NCBI RefSeq assembly: GCF_029945705.1
Contig: NZ_JAQSDC010000047.1
Span: 41,921-105,920 of the forward strand
Reading direction: 5' to 3'
Length of the DNA stretch: 64,000 bases
Source of the DNA: Methylotenera sp.
Lineage (GTDB): Bacteria > Pseudomonadota > Gammaproteobacteria > Burkholderiales > Methylophilaceae
Shown here: piece after piece, positions 51,740-62,010 of the stretch
Numbering within the stretch: the first letter of the stretch is position 1
Layout of the letters: every line of letters starts with the position of its first letter
Program-made: the position numbers and the translations under genes
Notes under the pieces: model-generated
What the model was told of the DNA's origin: nothing
Databases searched by the model: none
Seen by the model: the letters and a program-made list of their open reading frames with translations, nothing else

Positions 51740-52381
51740 ATGAAAATCGGTATTATTGGTTCTGGTGCTCTAGGTTCTAACGTGGCTCGCGCCCTTGCAA
51801 AGAAAGGTCTTTCGGCAACAATCGCGACCAGATCTGGTCCTGAGTCTTTGGCATCACTAGTCGCTGAGCTTGGCCCTACTATTACAGCAGTTACAATTGA
51901 ACAAGCAGCAAGTCAAGACATCGTTGTTATCGCGGTGCCTTGGGTGGCGCTTGAATCGTTATTAGGTAACTTGCCTGCATGGAATAATCGTATTGTGATC
52001 GATGCAACAAATCCAGTACTTTTCTTAGACCCTAACTCGGCTGATGCAAAAGACCCAACTAACCCACTCGCTGCTTATGGCATCAAGGCGATTAACCTTG
52101 ATAAGTATTCGAGCGCAGTATTCCGCGATTTAGTGCCAGGCGCACGCGTGGTTAAGGCGTTCAATCACTTAGATGCAAACTTATTATCAACACCAGAAAC
52201 TTCAGGTGGGCATCGTACATTGTTCCTTTCAGGTGACAATGCTGACGCAAAAGCGGAGGTTAGAAACTTACTTGAAACCACAGGCTATTTCCCTGTTGAT
52301 TTAGGTGCACTAGATGTAGGCGGCCCACTGATGCAACTACCGTTTGGTGCGTTGGCAATGAGTAATTTTATAAAAATCTAA
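51740..52381 (+). CDS. NADPH-dependent F420-reductase-like oxidoreductase (start ATG 51740)
   Basis: MKIGIIGSGALG, VVIAVPW, IVIDATNP, VVKAFN, DLGAL. Confidence 0.88.
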   Translation: MKIGIIGSGALGSNVARALAKKGLSATIATRSGPESLASLVAELGPTITAVTIEQAASQDIVVIAVPWVALESLLGNLPAWNNRIVIDATNPVLFLDPNSADAKDPTNPLAAYGIKAINLDKYSSAVFRDLVPGARVVKAFNHLDANLLSTPETSGGHRTLFLSGDNADAKAEVRNLLETTGYFPVDLGALDVGGPLMQLPFGALAMSNFIKI

Positions 52382-52490
52382 CCCTAGGTTAAGCATGACC
52401 ATCATCTGAAGTGGTTATGATGGCCATGTATGCGAATGGTGACTTTCTACTTTGAGCTATTAAATGCGAATGAATTAGTAAGTTGGTATG

Positions 52491-53420
52491 TCACTGATGC
52501 TTATTGTTCACCAACAAATCAACAAAAGCTCTTACCTTTGCTGGCCTAAATCGTGCTGACGGAAAAACGGCATGAATGCCACCAGTAGGTAAGCTCCATT
52601 GGGGTAGCACGTGCATGAGTCTGCCAGACTTGAGATCGTCTGCGATGGCATAGTCAGGGAATACAGCGAGTCCTGCACCTTTTAACACAGCTTCACGCAC
52701 CGCAAGCGTAGCATCCAAAAAGATAGAAGTTTGCATACTGACATTTTTGTGCTCAATATCATTCAACGAGAAATTCCAACGCAACGGCTCACGCAAAGCC
52801 GAGTTGGCAATAAAAGGAAGTTTAGTAAGGTCTTCTGGGTCACTAAGTTGTTCGATCTGTGATTGCATACTTGGTGATGCAACTAATAATTGTCGGAATG
52901 AGCCTATTTTTCGCCCTTGTAAACCAGTTTGCGTCAGCCACCCAACGCGGATTGCAAGTTCAAACTCACTCGACATCATGTCTAGCGTTTTATCACTAAA
53001 TACAGCATCTACTTTACAGTCAGGGTAGCGTCGGGTATAGGCGACTATCGCAGGTACGATAATATTGATGCCATAATCAAATGGGGCCGTTAAACGTAAC
53101 ACACCAGATGGCTCCGCAACTCCGTCAGACAGTTCATCAAACGCAGTTTCAGCATCACGTAAAATCAGCATACAACGTTGATAAAAAGCCAAGCCCGCTT
53201 CAGTGGCTTGTACTTTTCGTGTAGTACGAATCAGTAGCGAGGTTCTGAACTCTTGTTCAAGCCTAGCGACCTGCTGGCTAACCACAGCTTTGGTGATACC
53301 AAGCCTATCTGCGGCTGCCGTAAAGGAGCCCGTCTCAACCACCGCTACAAAGTAAACAAGGCGCCTTAGGTTGCCTAAATCACCCAAACTACCAGAAGCC
53401 TTATTGTATGCATTTAACAT
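52491..53420 (-). CDS. LysR family regulator
   Basis: FVAVVETGSFTAAADRLG, RTTRKV..TEAG, P.G.LR.TAP. Confidence 0.95.
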   Translation of the reverse strand: MLNAYNKASGSLGDLGNLRRLVYFVAVVETGSFTAAADRLGITKAVVSQQVARLEQEFRTSLLIRTTRKVQATEAGLAFYQRCMLILRDAETAFDELSDGVAEPSGVLRLTAPFDYGINIIVPAIVAYTRRYPDCKVDAVFSDKTLDMMSSEFELAIRVGWLTQTGLQGRKIGSFRQLLVASPSMQSQIEQLSDPEDLTKLPFIANSALREPLRWNFSLNDIEHKNVSMQTSIFLDATLAVREAVLKGAGLAVFPDYAIADDLKSGRLMHVLPQWSLPTGGIHAVFPSARFRPAKVRAFVDLLVNNKHQ

Positions 53421-53497
53421 ACAGTATATTTACCATGTATGTATTTAAATATCAATAGGCAACACCTATAATATGTCACATCAATATAGGAATTGCT

Positions 53498-54157
53498 ATG
53501 AAAAAGACCCTAATCTACTTGTATGATCCATTATGTGGTTGGTGTTACGGCATCACACCAACGCTTTCAAGTATTGCCAATGATCCAGACATTGCGATTG
53601 AAATGCTACCGACAGGCCTGTTTTCTAGTAAACAGCCAAAATTAATAGATGATGACTTTGCTGCATTTGCATGGAGCAATGATCAGCGCATTGCCCGCTT
53701 AACGGGGCAAACATTCACTGAGCGCTATCGAGAGCTTGTTCTTGGTGATCGCCTACAACGTATCGATAGCGGTCCAGCTACGCTAGCACTTACCGCAGTA
53801 TCATTAACAGAACCCACTAGAGAGTTTGAAACCCTAAAAGCAATACAGCATGCACGATACGTGGATGGTCAAGATATAACTAACTTATCAACACTCGCTT
53901 CTATCTTGGAAAGGCTTGAGCTGAACGAGGCAGCTATGATGATGGCGAATGTTAACTCAAACTTACTCGAAGCTAAGAGTATACGTATTGGTCGAGCGCA
54001 AGTTCTTTTACAAACATTTAGCGCGCGCGGTGTTCCAACTTTTATTGCGGACTCAGGTAAAGAACGCTGGAAGATCGATACGAGAGAAATCTACACAAAT
54101 TCTGAGGCATTGATTAACCAATTGAATGCAACAGAACTTGCATTAAGTGCTGGTTAG
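53498..54157 (+). CDS. DsbA/FrnE-like thioredoxin-fold protein, no signal peptide
   Basis: YLYDPLCGWCYG CxxC; cis-Pro motif GVPTF. Confidence 0.85.
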   Translation: MKKTLIYLYDPLCGWCYGITPTLSSIANDPDIAIEMLPTGLFSSKQPKLIDDDFAAFAWSNDQRIARLTGQTFTERYRELVLGDRLQRIDSGPATLALTAVSLTEPTREFETLKAIQHARYVDGQDITNLSTLASILERLELNEAAMMMANVNSNLLEAKSIRIGRAQVLLQTFSARGVPTFIADSGKERWKIDTREIYTNSEALINQLNATELALSAG

Positions 54158-54201
54158 CACACTTATTAACATATTTTAATATTATAGAAAGCGAGAAAAC
54201 C

Positions 54202-55101
54202 ATGACAACAAGACGTGATGTGCTTAAAACTATAGCAGCAACAGGTGTTGCGATGGCCATGACAGCCAGCGAAAGTGTCTTTGCCGCAAATACAGGCCTG
54301 AGCTGGAAGCATTTTCCTGCGGGAGAGCATGGATTCTTTCGTGCGCCAGTGTTAATTACAGGTCAAAGTGACGCAATATTAATCGATGCTGGCTTCACAT
54401 TCCCGGACGGTAAAGCTTTAGTTGAGTCGATCAAAGCCACAGGCAAAACATTAACGACTATCTACATCAGTCAAAGTGATCCTGATTATTACTTCAGCCT
54501 GCTGCCGATTAAAGCAGCATTCCCAAATGCGAAAGTGATTGCGGCTTCAGCAACTATTGCGGCAATTAAAGCCAGTATAGATAAGAAATTGGCGACGTGG
54601 GGGCCACAACTTAAGGAAAATGGCCCACAAACCTTAGCTGACGTTGTGATGCCAGAAGCATTTGATGGTACAGAACTGCACTTGGAGGGCAAAGCGATTG
54701 AGATTATTAATGCCAATGGTTTAGCTAATCGCCGTTATCTCTGGGTACCTTCAATAAATGCCATTTTTGGCGGTGTGATGGTGTTCTCAGGCGTGCATGT
54801 ATGGACAGCTGATACCAACAGTGCTGAAGCCCGTGCTGCATGGATAAAAACACTGGATACGATGGCCGGACACAAGCCAGTGGTTGTGATTCCTGGGCAT
54901 ATGAACATAGGTGCATCGATCGACGTATTCGCGATTACTTATACCAAGAACTATCTATTAGCTTTTGAAGAAGAGCTAGCAAAAGCAGCGAACAGTGCCG
55001 ATCTTATCGTAGCAATGACCAAACGTTATCCAGATGCAGGTATGGGGATTGCGTTACAAATTGGCGCAAAAGTCGCCACAGGTGAAATGAAGTGGGGTTA
55101 A
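54202..55101 (+). CDS. Tat-exported MBL-fold metallo-hydrolase
   Basis: TRRDVLK twin-arginine signal; LIDAGF; metal motif variant ISQSDPDYYF; VIPGH. Confidence 0.8.
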   Translation: MTTRRDVLKTIAATGVAMAMTASESVFAANTGLSWKHFPAGEHGFFRAPVLITGQSDAILIDAGFTFPDGKALVESIKATGKTLTTIYISQSDPDYYFSLLPIKAAFPNAKVIAASATIAAIKASIDKKLATWGPQLKENGPQTLADVVMPEAFDGTELHLEGKAIEIINANGLANRRYLWVPSINAIFGGVMVFSGVHVWTADTNSAEARAAWIKTLDTMAGHKPVVVIPGHMNIGASIDVFAITYTKNYLLAFEEELAKAANSADLIVAMTKRYPDAGMGIALQIGAKVATGEMKWG

Positions 55102-55105
55102 TACC

Positions 55106-55495
55106 ATGCCAACCAACTTAGACATCATTCGCTCAACCTACGAAGGAGTCTCAGAAGAGAATGGCAAAAATCTTCTCGCTGCCCTAGATCCGTATGTTAA
55201 GTGGACCGAGGCAGCAGGTTTCCCATATGCAGGAACCTACACAGGCCCAGATGAGATTATGGCTAACGTGTTCCAAAGGCTAGCGACAGAATGGATAGAC
55301 TATAAAGCTCAGGTGCATACCTATTTGGCAGACGGTGATCAAGTCTCGGCCTTTGGTGTGTACTCGGGAACCTACCGAAAAACGGGAAAATCCATGTCGG
55401 CGACCTTTGCGCACCTCTACAAGCTCAGAGATAGCAAAATCATCCAAATGGAGCAGTATGTAGATAGCGCGATAGTGCGAGATGCTATTGCGTAG
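55106..55495 (+). CDS. SnoaL/NTF2-like protein
   Basis: WTEAAGFPYAGTYTGPD, FAHLYKL, QYVDS. Confidence 0.85.
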   Translation: MPTNLDIIRSTYEGVSEENGKNLLAALDPYVKWTEAAGFPYAGTYTGPDEIMANVFQRLATEWIDYKAQVHTYLADGDQVSAFGVYSGTYRKTGKSMSATFAHLYKLRDSKIIQMEQYVDSAIVRDAIA

Positions 55496-55547
55496 TAGTC
55501 ATATTAAGCTTGAATTTTATAAACTAAAAGCTTTATATTAATCACCA

Positions 55548-55874
55548 TCAAACTTCTGGCTGTGCATCTCCGCCGCCTTTTTTCATTACTTTCCCATCGG
55601 CAACACGTTGTTTACGCACTTCTTTTGGGTCGGCAATCAATACGCGGTAGATCTCCACACGGTCTAGATGACGCAATGGTGTGTCTAATTTAGTTAGCTT
55701 ACCAAAGATGCCGATTTTGTTGACGGCTAAATCAATTTCTGGGTACTTAGCCATCATTCCAGAAGATTTGATTGCCTGCTCGGCAGTAATGCCTTCAGTG
55801 ACCTTAATCGGTATGATTAATTGTTCTTTAGGCAGCGCATAAGCGACTTCTACAATCATTTCACTGTTGGTCAT
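55548..55874 (-). CDS. ratB: RnfH/RatB family ubiquitin-like protein
   Basis: VEVAYALP, GIFGK, DRVEIYR.LIADPKEVR. Confidence 0.92.
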   Translation of the reverse strand: MTNSEMIVEVAYALPKEQLIIPIKVTEGITAEQAIKSSGMMAKYPEIDLAVNKIGIFGKLTKLDTPLRHLDRVEIYRVLIADPKEVRKQRVADGKVMKKGGGDAQPEV

Positions 55875-55926
55875 TTCATTTTCCCAATATTTCTAATACG
55901 TTGATTCTAATTGATTGATTTTTATA

Positions 55927-56364
55927 CTATTTAGTTTTGTACACGACATCCGCACGTGCTACAAAGCTATCGACAAAGGTATTGGCAATATGGCTAAACA
56001 CTGGCGCGATGATTTTCTCTAAAAAACTATTGGCAAACTCATAGCTGAGCATGAACTCTATTTTGCAAGCGTCTTCACTTAATTCTATAAAACGCCACAT
56101 GCCCTCAAGCTGCTTGAATGGACCATCTTTAAGTTTAATGTCCATCGCGCTAGGGTAGGTTTTATGGTTTTCTGTGGTGAATTTTTGGTGTATGCCATGA
56201 TAAGCAATATGCAGAGTGGCAATGGTTGATACTTCATCTTGCTTGATTAAATCGACACCGCCGCACCATGGCAAAAATGCAGGATACTTGGTCACGTCAT
56301 CCACCAGCGCATACATGCGGCTTGCAGAGTGGTTGATTAGTACTGATTTCTGAACTTGCGCCAT
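55927..56364 (-). CDS. ratA: RatA/PasT (Coq10-like START domain) protein
   Basis: MYALVDDV..YP.FLPWC, GPFK.L.G.WRF, F..IANTFVDSF. Confidence 0.93.
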   Translation of the reverse strand: MAQVQKSVLINHSASRMYALVDDVTKYPAFLPWCGGVDLIKQDEVSTIATLHIAYHGIHQKFTTENHKTYPSAMDIKLKDGPFKQLEGMWRFIELSEDACKIEFMLSYEFANSFLEKIIAPVFSHIANTFVDSFVARADVVYKTK

Positions 56365-56494
56365 ATGTTTCCAAAAGTTTCCTAAATGTTAAATCAAGCT
56401 GTTACGTAAAATTGACAAATAAATCGGATTAGTTCTAAACCAGAACTAGAGTAAAATGTTATTTTAAGTCATTCGACAAGAAATATTTAGTTTT

Positions 56495-56944
56495 ATGAGC
56501 ATTGCACAAAATAAAAAGGCCTTTTTTGATTACTTTATTGAAGATAAGTACGAGGCGGGCGTTGTTTTAGAGGGCTGGGAAGTTAAAGCCATCCGTGAAA
56601 ACCGCGTCAATATTAAAGAGGCTTACGTCATTATTCAGCGTGGTGAGATTTATATCATCGGCTGCCATGTCACGCCGCTAGGTGCAGCGTCTACACATAT
56701 CCGTCCAGATGCTATTAGAACCCGTAAGCTATTGTTACATAGTGAAGAAATTCTAAAATTAATTGCTAAAGTTGAGCGTGCAGGTTACACCATAGTGCCG
56801 CTAGATATGCATTTTTCAAAAGGCCGCGTAAAACTACAAATTGGCCTAGCCAAAGGTAAAAAGCAGCACGATAAACGCGATACAGAAAAAGAGCGTGATT
56901 GGGAACGCGAAAAAGGCAGAATTATGCGAGCGCATAATAAGTAA
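56495..56944 (+). CDS. smpB: SsrA-binding protein
   Basis: [34 protein letters not shown]. Confidence 0.98.
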   Translation: MSIAQNKKAFFDYFIEDKYEAGVVLEGWEVKAIRENRVNIKEAYVIIQRGEIYIIGCHVTPLGAASTHIRPDAIRTRKLLLHSEEILKLIAKVERAGYTIVPLDMHFSKGRVKLQIGLAKGKKQHDKRDTEKERDWEREKGRIMRAHNK

Positions 56945-57113
56945 AACTCATTAAGGCTTCTAAACCCAGTCAAACTTGCTAAGTTAACTATGCGGCAGTC
57001 GGGTTTTTAAATAGCTTAGTCCAACACTTGATAGCGCCACATTAGCCCCCATGATAAAAGTGCTGTATTAAAATTCGCACATATTTTTGTTTAATAATTG
57101 AATTAAGGTAACC

Positions 57114-57980
57114 ATGAAAAAGTTTTTAACGTTCTTAATGATTGCACTGATGGCCACGAGCCTACTGGCAACGGTAGCAGAGGCTAAGCGTTTTGGTGGT
57201 GGAAGTAGTTTTGGTAAACAGCGCTCTATGCAAAGCCAACAGCCGCGTAAAGCGCAAAATACACAAGACGCGCAAGCTGCGCCAGCAACTAAACCAGCAG
57301 GCAATAAGTGGATGGGCCCATTAGCAGGCTTGGCCATTGGTGCGGGTTTAATGTCGATGTTTTCGGGCGGAATGGGTGGCATGGGCGGTGGTTTCAGCAG
57401 CATTTTAATGGCGTTGCTTGCTGCAGGCGTGGTGATGTTTTTGATTTCCAAATTCAAAAAACCTCAGCCAGCAAATAGCTTTAATCCTTCAACTGTGATG
57501 CAGTATGCTGGAGAATCTGCTTATCAAACACAGGATTCGCAGTCACAGGCTCGAAGCGGAGCGTCAGGTTTTGGTGCAGCTAATTCTGTTAATAGTAATA
57601 TCCCAGAAAACTTTCCTGTAGATAGTTTTATTCGTAGTGCAAAAGCCTCATTTATTCGCCTGCAAGCGGCAAATGACAACAAAGATAGTAACGATATTCG
57701 TGAGTACACCACGCCTGAAGTGTTTGCCGAAATTACTATGCAAATGCAAGAACGTGGCAATGCGGTACAAAAAACTGAAGTCATAGCCATTCAAGCTGAG
57801 CTACTCGAAGTGAATGATGATGCGGTATTCTCAGTCGCTAGCGTACGCTTCACCGGTCAGCTCAGTGAGAATAACGGTACGCCAGAAAACATAGATGAAG
57901 TGTGGCACATACAAAAACATCTGCATGATGAAAATGCCAAATGGTTACTAGCAGGTATTCAGCAAACAAATCTTCAGTGA
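57114..57980 (+). CDS. Tim44-like domain protein
   Basis: AEAKRFGGGSSFG N-terminus, WMGPLAGLA.G TM, FIRLQAAND, E.WH, WLLAGIQQ. Confidence 0.88.
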   Translation: MKKFLTFLMIALMATSLLATVAEAKRFGGGSSFGKQRSMQSQQPRKAQNTQDAQAAPATKPAGNKWMGPLAGLAIGAGLMSMFSGGMGGMGGGFSSILMALLAAGVVMFLISKFKKPQPANSFNPSTVMQYAGESAYQTQDSQSQARSGASGFGAANSVNSNIPENFPVDSFIRSAKASFIRLQAANDNKDSNDIREYTTPEVFAEITMQMQERGNAVQKTEVIAIQAELLEVNDDAVFSVASVRFTGQLSENNGTPENIDEVWHIQKHLHDENAKWLLAGIQQTNLQ

Positions 57981-58023
57981 GCTAGATTTCAGTAGCATGT
58001 AGAGTTTGCTGGTAAATATATAG

Positions 58024-58053
58024 AGCCTAGTCAGAAATGACTAGGCTTTTTTT
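58024..58053 (+). terminator. Rho-independent terminator
   Basis: AGCCTAGTCA-GAAA-TGACTAGGCT then T-run. Confidence 0.88.
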
Positions 58054-58217
58054 ATTAGCATTATTGTTCACATACCTAACTAAAAACTAAACTAAGAATA
58101 TCAATGCCTATGTTGCCTGCCGCACAGAGTGTTTAAGCATGCGTAAGTATTATGCATACAACTACTCATGCTGAGTTAAACACAAACACCATCACTTTAA
58201 AATAAAGGCAAATTAAT

Positions 58218-59351
58218 ATGAACAACAGGCTTATTCAAATCGCAGTCGTAGCTACATTAGGTTTAACTGCACTTTCTGCTTCAGCGGAAGATATGTATCG
58301 CGGTGCTTGGTATGCTTTACCAGGCATTAGTTATATGGATACTGACAATGACCTAAATGCTGGTAATGGCGGTGGTGCATTTATCAAGTTTGGTAAAGAA
58401 GTAAGTCCTAGCTGGGATATTCAAGGTGGTTTAGGCTATAACACTTCAAATGAAAACGGCATTACTGGCGCGAGTGGTCGATACAAACAAACTACATTGG
58501 GTTTGGATGCTTTATACATGCTGAGTCGTGATAAATTCCGTCCGTTTGTATTAGTAGGTGCTGGCGTAGCGCGCAATAAACTTGGCTATTCTATTCCTGC
58601 TCCCAACAATGACTTGAGTAACACTAAAACTGGCTGGATGGCGAATGTGGGTTTAGGCGCACAATATTTAGTGAGCGACACTTTTGGTTTGCAAGCTGAC
58701 CTACGTCAGCAATGGAGTCGCGCTAAAGGCGGCTTGGATAATAATTTAGACGGAACGAATGTTAGCCACAGTGAAACAGTCAGCAATACCTTGTTAAGCT
58801 TAGGCGGTATTTTCCGCTTTGGTGCGCCAACGCCTATGCCAGTGGTTGCAGCGGCGGAACCAGTAGCTGCCCCATATGTAGCACCTGAGCCAGTGGCTGA
58901 AGTGGCTCCAGCACCAGCTCCTTTGCCAGTGGCAGAGCCGTGTAAACCTAAATTTGAAACGGTAACAATTTCAGCTGAAAAGCTATTTGGTTTTGACAAG
59001 TCTAAATTGCAAGATGGCTCTAAGCCAATTCTTGATGGCGTTGTGGCTAAACTTAAAGAGCATTCAGAATTCAAATTAGTGATGGTGAGCGGCTATACCG
59101 ACCGTATTGGTTCAGAAGCTTACAACCAAAAACTATCTGAAAAACGTGCTAATCAAGTGAAAGAGTACATCGTTTCGCAAGGTATTGATGCAAGTCGCCT
59201 ACAAGTAATTGGTAAAGGTGAGTCAGAGCCAGTAGTTGACTGTAAAGGCGTTAAAGGCAAAAAATTGGTTGAATGTTTAGCGCCTAACCGTCGTGTTGTA
59301 ATTTTAGATGAAGAGCAGCATAAAGTTGAAGGTCAAGCAGCATGTAATTAA
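58218..59351 (+). CDS. OmpA-family outer membrane protein
   Basis: Signal peptide, 8-strand barrel ending IFRFG, Pro/Ala linker, LFGFDKS..GYTDRIGS.AYN..LS..RA..V, PNRRV. Confidence 0.93.
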   Translation: MNNRLIQIAVVATLGLTALSASAEDMYRGAWYALPGISYMDTDNDLNAGNGGGAFIKFGKEVSPSWDIQGGLGYNTSNENGITGASGRYKQTTLGLDALYMLSRDKFRPFVLVGAGVARNKLGYSIPAPNNDLSNTKTGWMANVGLGAQYLVSDTFGLQADLRQQWSRAKGGLDNNLDGTNVSHSETVSNTLLSLGGIFRFGAPTPMPVVAAAEPVAAPYVAPEPVAEVAPAPAPLPVAEPCKPKFETVTISAEKLFGFDKSKLQDGSKPILDGVVAKLKEHSEFKLVMVSGYTDRIGSEAYNQKLSEKRANQVKEYIVSQGIDASRLQVIGKGESEPVVDCKGVKGKKLVECLAPNRRVVILDEEQHKVEGQAACN

Positions 59352-59457
59352 GTTTTAGCTTGCTTCTAAATTCGCGGTTTTAGCCGTTAACATAATGATG
59401 ATGCTACTAAGCAACGTTGCATCATCATTAAAATGATCAGTCACTACATAAATTGAA

Positions 59458-59832
59458 ATGCCAATAGACACTAAATCAATCATCGAATTAGCTAATGCTG
59501 CATGGAATAAAGCATTAAACAGCGGACACATAAAGACGCTCGCTAGTTTTTATACTGAAAATGCTACGGTATCTCCAGGCAACGGCATAACCCTTGCGGG
59601 GCGCGGCGAAATAGAGGCGTTGTTTAATGGTTTTTTGGAAAATGGTGTGCATAATCATACTTTAGAGATTATTGAGTTTGGTGGATCAGATAAAGTGATC
59701 TACCAAATTTCTAAATGGAGTGCCAGCGGCGCAGAGTCATCTTCTTTCGGTGGCATTACAATGAGTGTGCTGGAGCAGGGTTCTGACGGACAGTGGCATA
59801 CCAACTCGCATGTGTGGAATATGAAGGCTTAA
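59458..59832 (+). CDS. DUF4440/SnoaL-like (NTF2 fold) protein
   Basis: ANAAWNKALNSG, FYTENA, GR.EIEALF, HVWN. Confidence 0.75.
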   Translation: MPIDTKSIIELANAAWNKALNSGHIKTLASFYTENATVSPGNGITLAGRGEIEALFNGFLENGVHNHTLEIIEFGGSDKVIYQISKWSASGAESSSFGGITMSVLEQGSDGQWHTNSHVWNMKA

Positions 59833-59869
59833 TAACTATTATTAGCAACAGACTTAGATATAACCTTAT

Positions 59870-59899
59870 AAGGTGGGTAACTTGTTACTCACCTTTTTT
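59870..59899 (+). terminator. Rho-independent terminator
   Basis: AGGTGGGTAA-CTTG-TTACTCACCT then T5. Confidence 0.75.
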
Positions 59900-59960
59900 A
59901 TGATCACGATTTGTAGAATCGTCGGCTAACGTCAATCCTGCGCGGTGTACAATACCGCCC

Positions 59961-61790
59961 ATGTCAAATATTCCCGCATTACAAACCCTACAAGACGTTT
60001 TTGGTTATTCAACTTTTCGCGGTGAGCAACAGGCCATTGTCGAACATGTTACGACTGGTGGCGATGCGCTAGTATTGATGCCAACTGGCGGCGGTAAATC
60101 TTTGTGTTACCAATTGCCAGCTTTGCTGCGTGAGGGCGTTGGTATTGTGGTCTCGCCACTCATCGCCTTAATGCAAGACCAAGTCGATGCGCTTAAGCAG
60201 TTAGGCGTACGCGCAGCGTTTTTGAATTCTAGTCAAGATGCCGATGAAGCGCGCGAAATCACAGCGCAGCTGATGCGTGGACACTTGCAGATTGTGTATG
60301 TAGCGCCTGAGCGACTTTTAATGTCTAGTTTTTTATCGTTGTTAGACGAAATAGAAGAGGGCGCTGGCATTGCGCTTTTTGCGATTGATGAGGCGCATTG
60401 CGTTTCGCAGTGGGGGCATGATTTCCGTCCCGAGTATCGTAAACTTACTGTATTGCACGAACGTTTTCCGCATGTGCCACGTATTGCGCTGACTGCCACG
60501 GCGGATGCACCGACGCGCGCTGAAATTGTTGAACGGCTAAAGCTTGAAGAAGCACGGCAGTTTGTTTCTAGTTTTGACCGCCCAAACATTAAATACCGCG
60601 TCACGCAAAAGGCTAACGCACGGCAACAATTGGAAGCTTTTTTAGATAGCGAACATGCCAATGACGCTGGCATTATCTATTGTTTAAGTCGTAAAAAAGT
60701 AGAGGAAACTGCCGAGTGGCTAAAGTCACGCGGCTGGGATGCATTGCCTTATCATGCTGGATTAGATGCTAGTGTGCGCAATCAAAATCAGCGCCGATTT
60801 TTACGTGAAGAAGGCGTGATTATGGTCGCTACTGTGGCATTCGGCATGGGCATAGATAAGCCCAATGTTCGATTTGTTGCGCATTTGGATTTACCTAAAA
60901 GTATGGAAGGCTATTATCAAGAAACAGGCCGTGCGGGACGCGATGGCTTGCCAGCAAATGCTTGGATGACTTATGGCTTGGGCGATGTAGTCAGTATGCG
61001 CAAAATGTTAGACTCAGGCGATGCGCCAGAAGAACGCAAAGCTGTCGAGCGACAAAAGCTAGATGCCTTATTAGGCTTTTGTGAGTCTACCAGCTGCCGC
61101 CACCAAACCTTGTTGCGCTATTTCGGCGAAACCCACGCTGGCCATTGCGAGCAATGCGATAACTGTCTAAGCCCAGTGGATACATGGGATGCCACACAAG
61201 CCTCTCGAATGGCACTTTCATGCGTATATCGCACAGGGCAACGCTTTGGCGTCGTACATTTAATCGATGTGTTATTGGGCAAAAGTACGCCAAAAATTCA
61301 ACAATTCAATCATCAAAGCTTAAGCACATTTGGCATTGGAAAAGGCATAACGCAATCACAATGGAGCAGTGTTTATCGGCAGTTAGTCGCAGGTGGTTAT
61401 TTGGAAAGCGATATTGAAGCATACGGCGGTTTGAAGTTAGCCGAGTCTGCAAAACCTGTACTAAAAGGCGAGGCGGAAGTTTGGTTACGCCAAGATGTAG
61501 AAGTCGTTGCTACCCGTAAAGTCAGCAAGGCAGAACGTGGCACTCGTGCCAAAGAAGGCTACGAAGAGGTGGCTGATGACCCATTATGGCATGCACTGAA
61601 AGCCAAGCGTATGGAGCTGGCCAAAGAACAAGGCGTGCCGCCCTATGTGATATTCCATGACAGTACGCTGCTAGAAATACTCAATCAAAAACCAGGTAGC
61701 CTCACTGAAATGAGCCAAATTACAGGGGTTGGGCAGGCTAAGCTTGAGCGATATGGCGATGCGTTTTTAGAAGTGCTGGAAAATAGATAA
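59961..61790 (+). CDS. recQ: ATP-dependent DNA helicase RecQ
   Basis: [35 protein letters not shown], Zn-binding CR..CDNC, RQC and HRDC domains. Confidence 0.98.
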   Translation: MSNIPALQTLQDVFGYSTFRGEQQAIVEHVTTGGDALVLMPTGGGKSLCYQLPALLREGVGIVVSPLIALMQDQVDALKQLGVRAAFLNSSQDADEAREITAQLMRGHLQIVYVAPERLLMSSFLSLLDEIEEGAGIALFAIDEAHCVSQWGHDFRPEYRKLTVLHERFPHVPRIALTATADAPTRAEIVERLKLEEARQFVSSFDRPNIKYRVTQKANARQQLEAFLDSEHANDAGIIYCLSRKKVEETAEWLKSRGWDALPYHAGLDASVRNQNQRRFLREEGVIMVATVAFGMGIDKPNVRFVAHLDLPKSMEGYYQETGRAGRDGLPANAWMTYGLGDVVSMRKMLDSGDAPEERKAVERQKLDALLGFCESTSCRHQTLLRYFGETHAGHCEQCDNCLSPVDTWDATQASRMALSCVYRTGQRFGVVHLIDVLLGKSTPKIQQFNHQSLSTFGIGKGITQSQWSSVYRQLVAGGYLESDIEAYGGLKLAESAKPVLKGEAEVWLRQDVEVVATRKVSKAERGTRAKEGYEEVADDPLWHALKAKRMELAKEQGVPPYVIFHDSTLLEILNQKPGSLTEMSQITGVGQAKLERYGDAFLEVLENR

Positions 61791-61861
61791 CACGTTAACC
61801 AGTTAGCTTAAAACACCCACCCTGCAAAGCCCGTCCCTATTGACTTGCACGGTGTTTTTTA

Positions 61862-61963
61862 GTTGATCTGGATAGTACGGAACATTACCAAAAAACTATT
61901 TATGACCTCTATGAAACTTACCGCTTAATGGCAGAGGTGGATAACATTCTACAAGATTCATAG
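61862..61963 (+). pseudogene. Possible relic of the C-terminus of a Type ISP restriction-modification enzyme
   Basis: Translates to VDLDSTEHYQKTIYDLYETYRLMAEVDNILQDS*, resembling HYQKI..AL.ET.RLM.EID recalled for Type ISP C-termini; not searched. Confidence 0.45.
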
Positions 61964-61967
61964 CCGC

Positions 61968-61994
61968 AAAAAAGCCCGCATTAAGCGGGCTTTT
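61968..61994. terminator. Bidirectional terminator downstream of pqqA
   Basis: A6-GCCCGC-ATTAA-GCGGGC-T4. Confidence 0.85.
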
Positions 61995-62010
61995 GATTAA
62001 GCGTTAAAGC

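Noticed and set aside
55548-56364. ratA/ratB as a toxin-antitoxin or defence module
   Set aside because: Conserved housekeeping pair beside smpB; RatA/PasT is a Coq10-like ubiquinone-related protein.
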